Below are positions 37,400-49,227 of a stretch of DNA of 64,000 nt, piece after piece. The first letter of the stretch is position 1. Every line of letters begins with the position of its first letter. This stretch comes from a virus. A program made the position numbers and the translations under genes. A model generated the notes under the pieces. It was not told the origin of the DNA and did not search any database. It was given only the letters and a program-made list of their open reading frames with translations. Location: IMG/VR virus record IMGVR_UViG_3300024324_000002. One strand, written 5' to 3'.

Positions 37400-37954
37400 T
37401 TATTGGTTATCTAATATTCTATCTGATCATTCATAGTCTATGTTATCTAGACTACTCATCATCTCTGATATTTCTTTGTGTCTCTTTAGTTGTTCTGGTG
37501 TTAACTCTGTCTTGTCTGTCTGCTCCGTTCAGAATAACTTGTGCTTGTATATGAATGTATCCATCAGTAATTCTAATTCCTTATCATACTTCTCTCTTAT
37601 CTTATTCTCTTCTCTCTGATATAAGATATTGTAAAATCAAAATTGCTTTCTTATTTCTTCTGCTCGTCTCTTTATTGTAGACACCGTTACTTTAGTTAGA
37701 TCATTATCTAAATAGATGTCTCTCTTGTTGGTCACTTTAAAGATTACTTGTGTCATGAGTTTTGATTCTCATTCTCCTATCTTAAATGTTATGTCTTCTT
37801 CTTGCTCCTGTTCTATATGTTCTTCTAATTCCTTAAACGTAATTCATAACTTACTAGATATAGTTTCTAATAAGTTCTTTCATATCCTCTTCTCATTGTC
37901 TGATCATCAGATATATCTATTGTAAATTCATTTAATCTTATTGCTTATCTTCAT
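37400..37954 (-). CDS. Hypothetical protein (184 aa)
   Basis: ATG 37954, TAA 37400; charged and coiled-coil-like. Confidence 0.5.
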
Positions 37955-38378
37955 GGTGCTAATTTATTATTAACATAAAACTAAGTTTTCTGTATAAGCT
38001 ATTGTTATGTTTCACTATACATCTTATCTATTCGTTACATAACCGTGAATAGATATGGGGATACTTGATCACTTAAATAAGTTTCCGATTACTTAGTTAC
38101 CCCACTCTTAGTACTCATCGCTCTTCAGCTATTCATATGCTTCTGTTAAACAGAAGGTGTAATATATAAGGTAATAATAATATCTTACGATAATGCGAGA
38201 AGTCGGTTGACTATTATGTCCAGCCCCTAAGTTGAGTCATAGCTTATGCTGGCTGCGCTACTGTTAGTTATATGTTGTTATGTATCCATAACTAATAACA
38301 TCAAAATCATATTATTATCATAGCCTCAACTCATAGCCTTCTTATATATTACACCATCCATTTAATAGGATGGTTGTT
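37955..38378 (-). other. Structured non-coding region (candidate ncRNA)
   Basis: No ORF. Nested long-range helices: 38156-38171 pairs with 38337-38355, and 38230-38236 pairs with 38325-38331. Local hairpins at 38140-38156 and 38354-38373. Confidence 0.4.
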
Positions 38379-39488
38379 TTATCTTTTAAATTTATCTTCT
38401 ATAGATCTCTTAGTTGTAATCTCTTCTTTACCTACAGATTCTATAGTGTTCTTTAGATATGTATCTAAATATTCTTTAGTCCCTTTAAGTTCTTCTAATA
38501 TTCTTTGTATAGTTTCTATATCTAAATCTGATATAGCTTTCTCTAAGTCACATATATCTTGTGTAGTCACTGTTCATACTTCCATTAAATCTCATCTAGC
38601 TCTATAGATTAATGCATCATATTCTTTTAATGTTTCCATAGCATTATCTATAGCTTTTCTATTTTTATCTTTAGACATAAAGTCTTCCACTTTGTAATCA
38701 TTATATGTTTTCATTGGTTTCTTTTTAGGTGTTAAAAATGGTTTCATCATTTCTTCTATCTCTTCTTTTGTAGGAGTAGATGATCATGATGTATAAGTAT
38801 CTGTTGTATATGATACTACAGGTGAGTCAGTGTATGATGTAGATGTATCTATAGTTTCTACATACTTCTTTAATGCATATCATCTTCTTGTAACTCTATA
38901 GTCTTCATTAGTTAATCTATATACTTCCCATCAGTCTTCTATGTTTCTTTCTTTTACTTCAAGTCTAACTCATTCATATTCTGAATCATCATCTATCTCT
39001 ACTATATCTCATACTTTATAATCATATAAGTTATCATCCATATCTCTATCGTCTCTTACTAATTCTAAATCATTTAGTTTTGTTTGATTAGTTTCTTTAT
39101 TAATAGGTATTCATGGTGATTGTAATTCTAATCCTCAATCTAATATATTAATAATCTTCCATGATTTCCATTCATTTCTTTTTCTAGATTTAAATCTAAC
39201 ATGTTGTCATACTTTAAATCTAGTCCGTTCTCTTGTTACTTGTTCTATAGGATCTGATAGATAATGTTTTATATAACAACCTACAGTATAGTATACACTT
39301 TGATCTTCTGATGTATATGTAATCATCTCATCATCTAAATTTAATTTAATATATCCTGTAGATCTACTATGTGTATATCATGTAGGTCTATTTCAAGTAT
39401 GCCATTTAATACTTGTGTATTCTTCCATACGCTGAAGAAGTCTTTCAGCTTCTTCTTTAGTATCGAATTTAATATATCTATTGTTCAT
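38379..39488 (-). CDS. Hypothetical protein (369 aa)
   Basis: ATG 39488, TAA 38379; contains track ORF 38379..38570. Confidence 0.6.
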
Positions 39489-39963
39489 AAGTTTTATTTA
39501 TTAAATAAACTAAGCTCTGCATATCTTCTCTTCTTTAATCATTTGTTATTATATCAGTATACTCACATGATATATTTAATATCTTTTATACTACATCTCT
39601 TTATGTATCTATTTATATTCATAGCATACGCTCATGTATTGTACGTATACGATATCATAGCTACCTTTTGGTTATCAGTGTAGCATGATTTATTTACAAG
39701 CTCATAGAGAGGATTTAAATGTTGAATGAAACGCTTGTCTCATTCCTCTCTTGTTATCTCTTCTCATCTATAACTCTTGGTACCATATCAGATACTCCGT
39801 TGCTTCCTATCCCAATATGATCTAGATCTATATCATTCAAATCTAGATATGAATTTCATAGCACGCTGTCTTACTCACTCGCTAACGCTCGCTCCGTCGA
39901 CGTTGTCTTTGTAAACTCTTATTGTATTTAATATAGGTACAGTCTCCTTAGCCTGTACCGTTT
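39489..39963. other. 475-nt non-coding region
   Basis: Stops in all frames. Locally GC-richer (ACGCTGTCTTACTCACTCGCTAACGCTCGCTCCGTCGACG, within 39871-39910) and G-poor on the plus strand. Confidence 0.5.
39936..39959 (-). terminator. Hairpin after the 147-aa gene
   Basis: GGTACAG/CTGTACC stem with a 10-nt loop, immediately 3' of the stop at 39964. Confidence 0.45.
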
Positions 39964-40407
39964 CTACTTTACTGTTCTGAATTGTTCTAAGTTAGAATCT
40001 GTCTTACAGTATTCTAAATTATATTCAACTCAATCTATCTTTCTAGTTATCTGATTAGTATAACATATACTTCTCAATAATTCTGTCTCGTACTTTGGTT
40101 CAGTACTTTTAATTAAAGCTCTAGCTTCTTCTATAGTTTTCATATGATCCTTAGATGCTTCACTAGATTCTCTAGCTCTACCTTCTAATATCTCTATGTC
40201 ACTATTCTTATTAGCTTTAGCTTGCGCTTCTAATAATTCTTGTGCCGCTTTAATCTTAGCTTCACTTGCAGCTAATTCTATTTTAGCATTAGCTATCTCT
40301 AATTCTTTATTACTTTGATATATATCATATCAAATAAATACTATTACTATTGCTACTAATCCTGTAGCTGTTGCCTTGTTAACAACTTTCTTAAAATCTA
40401 TGTTCAT
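39964..40407 (-). CDS. Membrane-anchored coiled-coil protein (147 aa)
   Basis: N-terminal TM segment (TATGLVAIVIVFIGY) followed by an A/E/K-rich coiled coil. Confidence 0.55.
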
Positions 40408-40495
40408 ATTATATAGATTAATAAATAAAATACAAGTCTATTACAGACTTTTTTAATTTAAAATAAAAACAAAATGTGATAGTAAGTTAATACTA

Positions 40496-40519
40496 CCACA
40501 AAATTTTTAGTAGTTGTGT
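40496..40519 (-). promoter_or_regulatory. Conserved motif, copy 4
   Basis: CCACAAAATTTTTAGTAGTTGTGT lies 88 nt upstream of the ATG at 40407. GCCGAAGGC hairpin at 40526-40534. A 9-bp hairpin follows the motif on the coding strand. Confidence 0.5.
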
Positions 40520-40544
40520 GGATGTGCCGAAGGCTAGTACAGAA

Positions 40545-41702
40545 TTAATAAAATAAATTCTTTAGTCCATTGATAACTTCCTCTATCCAATCTAATCTTC
40601 ATTTCATATTACTTATCTCTGTCTTTAGTTTTATTATCTCTGTATTCTGATCTGTTAATCTAGTCTCTAGTTTCAATACTCTTGTAGCTAACTCCATATC
40701 TATACTAGGTGATGGAGTAACTGGAGTTGGTTTAACTATTGGAGTTGGTTTAACTATTGGTGTTGGTTCTATTACAATAGGTTCTTGAACCTTATCATTT
40801 GTAGACTCCTCGTCTCCTCCTAGTTTTAATCCTCATAAACTATTTAATGCTGCTTCTATATTCAATGCTACATCTCATCCAGCTGGCATCTTAGTTCCTG
40901 TTCTTATTAATGTTTCTCTTATCTGTTTATATGTTAATGTTGGATCTACTTCTAACATCAATGCTATAGCACTACTAATCTGTGGTGCTGCGAATGATGT
41001 TCATGGTTGTCTATGTATAGTTCCATCTCTATCTAACATGTCTGGATAATATCCTTTACCTAATATCTCTGTGTGTTCTGTATTATGGTAGAACTTTTTC
41101 TTATATATAAAGTTTCCTTTATGTGAATAATAACTTCATACACATATAATACTATTGTCTTCACAATGATATGAGTTAGATATCCTTGCTTTGTTTTGTA
41201 ATGTAGTTACTACCATTATCCCTGCATCAGTTAATTCTTTTAGCTTAGCTGAATATTCTTTGTTCCTCCATGTTACACTTAAGTTCACTATCTTAATATC
41301 TCCTCTAGCTTTTATCTTATCTAGTATAGGTACTAACTCTTGGTATCTACATGATGTACCATTACAGTAATCATATCTAATTACTTCTGCTCATGGTGCA
41401 TATCATACTAATCATCCATCATTATGTGATGATGTGATTAATGATTCTATTCCTACTCAATGATCTGAATTAGTAAAGCTATCTATTACTGCTATCTTAA
41501 TTCATTTACCTGTAGCTTTATCCCATGCTCCATAAAAGTCTGATACTTTAAATGATCCATCTCTTGTTGATTGATAATATGAATCTCATTTGTTTCATTC
41601 AAAGTTTAATTCACTTGGTGTATATGCATGAGCCTTATTAATCACACATCATATAAGCATTACAAATAATACTATTGTAATTATAGTTAATATTTTTCTC
41701 AT
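40545..41702 (-). CDS. Secreted subtilisin-like serine protease (S8 family) with C-terminal coiled coil (385 aa)
   Basis: Signal/TM segment MRKILTIITIVLFVMLIGCVINKAHA. Asp IKIAVIDSF; His SDHGVGIESL; Asn IVNLSV; Ser QPGTSFAAPQISSAIALM. P/T/V-rich linker followed by heptad repeats. Confidence 0.75.
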
Positions 41703-41709
41703 AGTTTTT

Positions 41710-41904
41710 TTAATTAGTTATTAATAATTCTATTTTATCTGTAGCTAATCTTATCATTGAATGTGATAAGATATATTCTGTTCTATCTTTTGCTTCTTGA
41801 CTTAAGTATTCTATCTTCCATAGTTCTTCTCTTAAGTCTGATAGCTTATTTAAATCTCAATTGTTATAAGCTTCTTCTATATCTATATGATTTATATCAC
41901 ACAT
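41710..41904 (-). CDS. Hypothetical protein (64 aa)
   Basis: Code-25 ORF, ATG 41904, TAA 41710. Confidence 0.45.
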
Positions 41905-41910
41905 AATCTT

Positions 41911-42072
41911 TTAATTAAGTTCTAATATATTTCTAAGACAACATTGTACTTCTCCAATATATTCTAATGCATCTTGTTTCTGTATATCACAAAGTGCAGA
42001 TGCTTCTATAGCATCTGCTTCTTCTTCTAGTCTTTGGTAATATAAATATTGTGGTCAGTTATCTAACATCAT
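41911..42072 (-). CDS. Hypothetical protein (53 aa)
   Basis: ATGATG at 42072, TAA 41911. Confidence 0.4.
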
Positions 42073-42245
42073 AGTAAAGTTATTATCTTATTAAATACTT
42101 CTTCAGTTATATGCTCTTCAGCTTTCCTATATTCCTCACAATCACATGGTGTAATCTGTACTGATTCTCTTCCTTTCTTAAATCATTTAGAATTCTTTTT
42201 AATAATCTTTTGTGATTGTTGTATTCAACTTAGTCTAGTATCCAT
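42063..42245 (-). CDS. Hypothetical basic protein (60 aa)
   Basis: ATG 42245. The TAG at 42063 overlaps the next start by 10 nt. Confidence 0.4.
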
Positions 42246-42255
42246 AATGTATTTG

Positions 42256-42549
42256 TTAATTACTAATAAGTTTATTATATTCACTTCTTATTCTTTCTGC
42301 AAATTCTGGATAACTATGTTCTATATCTCTAGACATTATATAGAATGGTACTACATATTCTATGTATGTATATACTATAGGATGTGATGATGTTGTATCA
42401 TATGTAGTTTCTATTACATGTCCTTTCTTTTGTAACACTTGTATAAGTGATGTGATATTTCTACCTCATCATAATAATTCATTAAGTGTTTTTCTTTTAA
42501 CTATTTTATTATCATTAAATTCTTTTAGAATTAAATCTATTTTCTTCAT
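42256..42549 (-). CDS. Hypothetical protein, possible winged-helix (97 aa)
   Basis: Track ORF 42256..42438 extends through TGA-TGA to ATG 42549. Confidence 0.5.
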
Positions 42550-42629
42550 GTTATTTAATTAATCATTTAAAATATTTTTCTAGCTTCTTATTTTTCTTAG
42601 GTGTATCCTCCCAAGTAATCATAATCTTT

Positions 42630-43022
42630 TTAAACTTTTTCTTGTTCATAAATCATTTTATTATTCTTAGTAAATAGTACTGTCTTATATAATTCAGATA
42701 CTCTCTTAATAGTTTGTGGTGACATCTTATCTAATGTCCTTCACTTATCTCCTTCTTTATATCTAGTCTTAACTCATCTAGCTATTAAGTTTTCTTTAAC
42801 TACTAACTCATAGTTCTCTTTGTTTCTTTCTCTAGCTAGATCTATACTAAACTCACTCATGAGTTTAGCACATCTATCTAGTCAGAACTGTTTACGATAA
42901 TCTGATGTTAACATTCTATGTGTCATTCTTAAATGTGATCATAATTTATTAAATGATTTATCACATAACTCACATATAACTTTTCATTCTGTATCGTATC
43001 TTACTGGTATATATTTATTCAT
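42630..43022 (-). CDS. Ros/MucR-family zinc-finger regulator (130 aa)
   Basis: ICELCDKSFNKLGSHLRMTHRMLTSDYRKQFGL is the CxxC..H..H finger followed by the YR..(W/F)GL signature. Confidence 0.7.
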
Positions 43023-43476
43023 AATAATCTAAATTATATTTATTATATATCGTTTGATATAAATAGCTTGGATGTTTTATTACTTCATCTGATCACCAGT
43101 ATCATTCCCACATAACTCATGTCCTGTTCTCATCTAACTCTACCCATATGTTAGGTCATCCAAATGTTAATAGTATTTTAAATATTCTATTCCTATCTGA
43201 TCTAAATACTTCTATCTCTAATGGTTGATCATCATCTATATATTGTTGTAGTCCATCTTCATTTTCTACTGCATATACATCATCTTCCCATTCATCTTGT
43301 TCATACATATCTTCTGGATCATCATCATACATAGATACATAATCTTTATATTCTGTATCTAGTTGTTCTTGTAATCAAGGATAGATATGTTTAACTATAT
43401 AATCTAATGTAGTTAATTCATTGTAATCATTCATCTCTTCTATAAATGATTCATATATTCTTTCTAAGTCTGTCAT
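43015..43476 (-). CDS. Hypothetical acidic protein (153 aa)
   Basis: ATG 43476 (MTDLE...). The TAA at 43015 overlaps the MucR start. Confidence 0.5.
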
Positions 43477-43483
43477 AATTGTT

Positions 43484-43612
43484 TTAGTTATAAGTTAATC
43501 TAATCTTTACTTCCTTTAATAATTGTTCTAATCTTTTCTCTATTGAGATAAGATCTTTTTTCTCTACATGATTACCATATAGTAATTGATTAATAATTTC
43601 TAAGTCTGTCAT
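43484..43612 (-). CDS. Hypothetical protein (42 aa)
   Basis: Shares its leader and first 5 codons (MTDLE) with the gene at 43476. Confidence 0.35.
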   Translation of the reverse strand: MTDLEIINQLLYGNHVEKKDLISIEKRLEQLLKEVKIRLTYN

Positions 43613-43623
43613 AATTGTTTTAG

Positions 43624-43953
43624 TTATCTAATATAACAAAGCTCTTCTATCCAAAGAGCTTTGGCTGCTATCATTCAATTGATAGCTTCTGCTTGATCTA
43701 ATGTAATATCTGTTTCCATTCTGTCTTGTAATTCAATCCAGTCTTCCATACCACATCATCATCCTCAATCTATTTGTTCATCATCTTTATATATATCTAC
43801 AATGATGTCATTGTCATCTGATGCTAAAAAGATATTAGCTTCTTCTCAAGCTCATATCTCTAATTGTATATCATCTACCATTCATGGATAGAACATTGCT
43901 TGTACTACAAAGTGTACTATCTGATAATAGATCTCTCTATTTATTTTATACAT
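43624..43953 (-). CDS. Hypothetical protein (109 aa)
   Basis: ATG 43953, TAA 43624. Confidence 0.5.
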
Positions 43954-44122
43954 AGGAAATTATTAAGTTAAAAGTTAATATAATAAATATACATAAGAAT
44001 GCTATATTTATTTCTTTCTCATAATCATATACTGATTTTCTTTTTATGTTTAATATAAGTATAATTAAAAATAAAATTACTATTGATGTTGTTCATATTA
44101 ATACTAATATTTTATCATACAT
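43946..44122 (-). CDS. Small membrane protein (58 aa, 2 TM)
   Basis: MYDKILVLIGTTSIVILFLIILILN...AFLCIFIILTFNLIISYV. Confidence 0.45.
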
Positions 44123-44123
44123 A

Positions 44124-44579
44124 TTATTTTAAGTTAAATAAATTAAGTATATCTCTATAAGCTGCTATCTTACCAGCTTCATATTCTTCATTGTTTGGTA
44201 ATGATACTATCTCATGATAGATATCATCTGCTTTACATTTATCTTCTTCACATAATCCTTTACCTAATACTTCTATTCCATTTCTATTATGCAATAAGTA
44301 TTCATAACAATCTTCTATCTCTGATTCTAAATACTTAGCTACTTCTTTATCTGTATCCTTTAATCATACTTCATATCATCTAGTATATCCTTGTTCCCGT
44401 AATTGATTCTCACGTTCTCCATCTGGATCTATCCTTTCTAAATCTGATTCGTATTCTTCTAATATTTCTTTATGTTCATCTTGTTCTTCTTGATCTGCTG
44501 TGTCATCTAATTCTCCACACCGTTCTTCAGCAAACTCTCTTGGTAGTTGCTCTTGATATTCCTTTAGTTTAATTATCAT
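44124..44579 (-). CDS. Hypothetical acidic protein (151 aa)
   Basis: Track ORF 44376..44579 continues through TGA to TAA 44124. Confidence 0.55.
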
Positions 44580-45202
44580 AATTGTAAAGTGTTACGATAT
44601 AAAATATTTGTTTTAGATTTAATACATCCTTTAATATATTTAATATGTTTATCTATTTGATATTTAATACTACAATCTATTTCATACTTAGCTTCTGCTA
44701 TAGCATCTGTCTCTTCATAGTATCATCAGCAAGCTCCTTCTCATATATTAAACATATATACTTGTCCTGTTAAATATGCATCATACTCTTTTACTTCCCA
44801 TACTAATTTCTGAATTACTTCATTTCTGTTTAATCTTTTTACATTAAACCATTTCCTTGCTTCTTCTTTAGATACATATATATATCCTACTTGTCAGCTA
44901 TCCCATTGACATCAGTATCAAGTTGTGTTTATTGTTATTCAACTATGATCATATAAGTATAATGGTAATACTATGTAATCTCTTTCTAATTCACTAGCTG
45001 TAACTCATAATCTTTCTCTTAAATCTTTAATAAAACTTCATCTTCTATATCAGAATTTTTCATCTCATAAATCATATTTTCAATGATTACATATCATTGT
45101 ACCTAGATGACAATCCCATTCTCTAGGATCTTGTGGGTCTGGATCAAATCCAATCTCTATTGTGTGTCCTTTATAATCTATAGTCTCTGTAATATAATCC
45201 AT
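44573..45202 (-). CDS. Conserved-looking hypothetical protein (209 aa)
   Basis: ...DPREWDCHLGTMICNHGKYDLGDE...LPLYLYDHSGITIN...CQWDSGQVGYIYV. The pattern recalls a widespread phage/plasmid family of unknown function. Confidence 0.55.
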
Positions 45203-45222
45203 AATTGTTTTAGTTATTAAAT

Positions 45223-45248
45223 AAAAATGATAGCATCTCTGCTATCAT
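45223..45248 (-). terminator. Terminator
   Basis: Perfect 9-bp stem ATGATAGCA/TGCTATCAT, 4-nt loop, then TTTTT on the coding strand. Confidence 0.65.
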
Positions 45249-45249
45249 A

Positions 45250-45561
45250 TTATATCTCATTTAATTTATCTACTCATACTATAATCTTTTTATATGTACT
45301 CTCTCTTATGTTATGTTCATCATTACTTATCTGTGATATTAATGGTTGACTTATTCATAATGCTTTTGATAGTTCATACTGTGACATAAATTTTAAATGT
45401 TCTATTACTATCTTGAATACCTCATCATTAATCTTTGTTTGATAATTCATAAGTTCTTTAGCATTCTCTTTCTTTGTTGGTATAAATAATATTACTACTA
45501 TCATTCCTATAGATGCTACCCCTAATATAGTTAACCATTCTAATACTTCTAATCCTAACAT
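45250..45561 (-). CDS. Membrane-anchored XRE-type HTH protein (103 aa)
   Basis: N-terminal TM segment (LTILGVASIGMIVVILFI), then QYELSKALGISQPLISQISN. Confidence 0.55.
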
Positions 45562-45565
45562 AATT

Positions 45566-47062
45566 TTATAAGTTATAATTTAAATTAATCTTTTTATCTT
45601 TAGTTACTTCAGTAACTATCATTTGTAATCATTCACATTCTTTGATTACTTTATCCCTTAGGTTGATACCTATGCTTTCCCAACGATCTATAAGAATGAA
45701 GTCTATCTTTAAATACTTAATGAATAATTTTGCTAAGAGTATCTCTATAAATAATTCATTCCCTGTACTTGTACTTCCGTATTGATTTCATTCTGCATCA
45801 TAGATCTCAAATGTTTCTCTAGTGTTCCCATTCTTTAATGTCTTGAATAATCTTATATCTAATCCTGTCTCTTTAACTTTATCTTCTAGTCTAGTATTAA
45901 ACTTAAGTCTCTCTGCTTGCTTCTTCTTTAAATCTTTCTCAAGCTTTACAAAGTTCAAGTCTTTAAGTTGTTCTTCTTTAATCTTAATCTCTGCAAGATA
46001 TGATTCTCTTTTATTAATTACTTCTTGATAATCCTTAAACTCTTTAAGATATCTTTCGTAATCAGCATTATCCCTTTCTATATATTTCATTCAGATTATC
46101 TCTGCTCTCTTCTTTACTTCTAATGTGTAATCAGATCTATAATCTGTTTCTCTTTCTAATCATTCCATTGCTTCTTCTATATGTTCATCTATATCAAATA
46201 TAATAACTTGTAACTTATTCTTTAGTTCAGCTTCTTTCTCTAATACATCTCTGTATTTATCTCTTAGATTCAATACTACTTCTTCTTTGTCTTTTCATTT
46301 GATAACTGTACCACATGAATCACAAGTATATTCCATAGAATCTTTCTTAGCTTCAGCTGCTTTATCTGCTAACTTAATCTTTAATGTAGTAAGACTTTGT
46401 ATCTCTGTTTCTAAATGAAACTTTTCTTCTGCTTTATATTTCTCTGCTATCTCTTTAGTTCTTCTATTATCTTCTGCTATCCTTTCGTTCTCGTCTTTAA
46501 ACTTTTGTATCCTAGTATTATATGCTGCATTAATCTCATCAGCATTTCATTCTATTAACTTAGCTTCTTCTGGTTCTTCTAATGCTCCATCAAGACTATC
46601 AGCATATCATTCTATTCTTATGATGTCATCTGTGATCTGATCTTTCTTTGTATGAAATTGTTTAATCTCTGATTCCATATTTCTTATCTCTTCGTTTATT
46701 TTTTCTATCTCATCTCAATCTATATTTAATATCTTAGTAATTATTTCTCTCTGCTTTACAGTCGAGTTTGTTAACTTGAAAAAGTTTCAAGGTAATATGT
46801 ATCTGATAATCTCTGAATCTATTATCTCTCCTATTATCTTCTTACCTTTCATTATAACATTCCCTTTGTCTGTCTCTAATTCTACTTTTCATTCTGGTAA
46901 TCAGTTACCATATCATGGATAGCTTCTACCATAACAAGCCATTATACAATTAAGTATAGTTGTTTTACCTAACAATGATTGACCTCCTAAGATGTTTGCA
47001 TCTTTAAATTGTAGACTACTATCTATTCCATGTACTCCATTCACCTTAATACTTTTAATCAT
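45566..47062 (-). CDS. Rad50/SbcC-like ATPase (498 aa)
   Basis: Walker A GGQSLLGKTT. Long coiled coil with a central CxxC hook (YTCDSCG). C-terminal STSTGNE signature-like motif and DFILIDRWE Walker B. Confidence 0.7.
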
Positions 47063-47065
47063 AGT

Positions 47066-48895
47066 TTATTTATTATTAAATCAAAGTTTCTTTCTCTCTC
47101 TCCTTTGTTTCTGTAATGTAGATTCTCACATAATAATTCTACCATTATGAAATCTACCAAAGATAACTCATAACCAACTCTTTCATCTGTTCTTAGTTAT
47201 GATATACTTAACACTCTTACCATCTCATTTAATAGCTTCTGTATTAACTTCATCTTTGTCGTTAGATATATGTATAACCTTATTAGCTACCTGTGCTATA
47301 GCTGCTCCATCTTTAAATGAATTGTTATCTGGATCTTCATCCTTCTGTAACTTCCTATAGTGTGATACTAATATACATGCAACCTTATACTTCCTAAGTA
47401 AATCATTTAACTGATGCATGAAATTCTCTATAGCTAAATCATGTCTCTCGTTCTTCTCAAACTTTACATAATGTAAATGATCTATCACTACTAATGATAC
47501 TCATTTGTTTATCACTACATCTTTAAATAAGTTTTCTAACTGATGGATGTCCACCATCTTCTTATGTGCTAAGTCTATTATATTAAAGTTATATCTCTTT
47601 AAGTTTATAATAGCTTGATCTATATTTACTAGTATTCAATGATAATCTTCTTCAGTAAATAAGTTAGCTTCAAACATAGAATGGCTAGGCATCCTATCGT
47701 TTCTCTTAACTCTCATTCTATTAACTTCATAGTATATATCATTAATCCTGTTCTCTTCTAGTCTATCCTCTAATGAATATCTAGCTACCTTGAATCATTG
47801 TCTCGCTACATTGTTAGCTATCTGATTACATATCGTACTCTTCCCTACTCATGTCACTCATCATACTACTGTTAGTTGTCATGGTAATAAATATCATAGA
47901 TGATTATCGAACTTCTCAAATCACCAACTCATTACTGATCATTCTGTTCTTTCTTTTAATTCTTTGTATCATCTATCTAATCATTCGCTGTAATCTATTA
48001 ATGCAAATGTTCTCTCCTTAGTTTGTATCGATCAAGCTATAATCATATCAACCAATCAATTTCATAATTGCTTACCTAATTCATTCATATCTTCCTCTTC
48101 TTCTATCTCATAGATATCCGCTTCTATACTCTCTTTGAATACTTCCTTACATTTCTTACCTGCTGCATCATTATCAAATAATAAATATATCTTACTAAAT
48201 TTATTAATGAATGCTACTATCTCTTCAGTAGGCTTAGCTGATGCTGATTTAAATCAGATGACTTGTTCTGTATACTGTCTTAGTGTTAGAAAATCTGTAG
48301 CTCATTCTACTAAGAATATATAATCTTTCTTTAGATCCTTAGTAAAGCTCCAGAATAATCCATCACTTCAATTAGTATTAAATCCTTTTCATATTAAACT
48401 CCTGTATTGATATCATGTCTTCTCTCACTTAATGTCTCTCATCATTATTGATAAACATTGTGTTTCTCATGATGGTGCATTCTTTCCGAATGTCACTGAC
48501 TTAGTTAATCATACTATACCTTTTGGTAATGCTTTATAATTTATTCATCTTAGAAATAAATATGAAGCTAATCTATCTTCATCATTTATAACCTCCATTT
48601 TCTCTATAGGTTTTCTTGGTTCCTCTATCCCTAGACTGAATGCTTTATTAAACCATTCAATAGCATCTGGTATACTTGATCCTGTATGTCATATATAAAA
48701 GTTCAATGGATTCCCTTGTGGTCTCCATTCCTTAGCTTGATTAAAGTTAGATACTATATTATTTTTTATATCATATGTATAACTATCACTATACTTATTA
48801 TCATCAAATAAATATTTTCTATTATTGTATTTAATTCATAATAGTTTTAATACTTCTTCAATAGGTAATTGTTTTATCCTTTCTATAATTTCCAT
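47066..48895 (-). CDS. Primase-helicase: TOPRIM fused to a DnaB-family helicase (609 aa)
   Basis: TOPRIM motifs IFLVEGATDF and LLFDNDAAGKK. Helicase Walker A VVGGVTGVGKSTI and Walker B SLVVIDHLHY. Confidence 0.8.
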
Positions 48896-49215
48896 TATAT
48901 ATCTTTTACATGATAAGGTATTTTATATTCTTCTTTAATAAATCTATTTAACATAGGATTATTAAAGAATGATGTCTTGAAATTCTTGATTTGTTTTTTC
49001 TGTTCACTCCAGTAATCATAATAATTATCTACACAATTCTCTAATTGTTCTCCTGTTATATTATATTTCTTGATCCTTTTACCAAACCATATCTTAAATT
49101 TTTCTAATGGTTCTTTAGGTTTAAATCATAATTCAATTAATGCTTCCACTAAATATGCTAATACTTCTTCATCAGATTCTCTAGCATATTCTTTATATTC
49201 TTTTAGATATTCCAT
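48895..49215 (-). CDS. Hypothetical protein (106 aa)
   Basis: ATG 49215. TAATG overlap with the primase-helicase start. Confidence 0.5.
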
Positions 49216-49227
49216 CTAGTTAATAAT

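Noticed and set aside
34166-39963. tRNA genes (including a suppressor or tRNA-Gly-UCA) in the non-coding blocks
   Set aside because: I found no GGTTCGAATCC-type T-arm or cloverleaf by eye on either strand. The hairpins present have the wrong stem and loop sizes. This needs a tool check.
42550-42629. 23-aa mini-ORF (ATG at 42624) between the MucR gene and the 97-aa gene
   Set aside because: It is too short, has no supporting features, and is more likely an intergenic leader.
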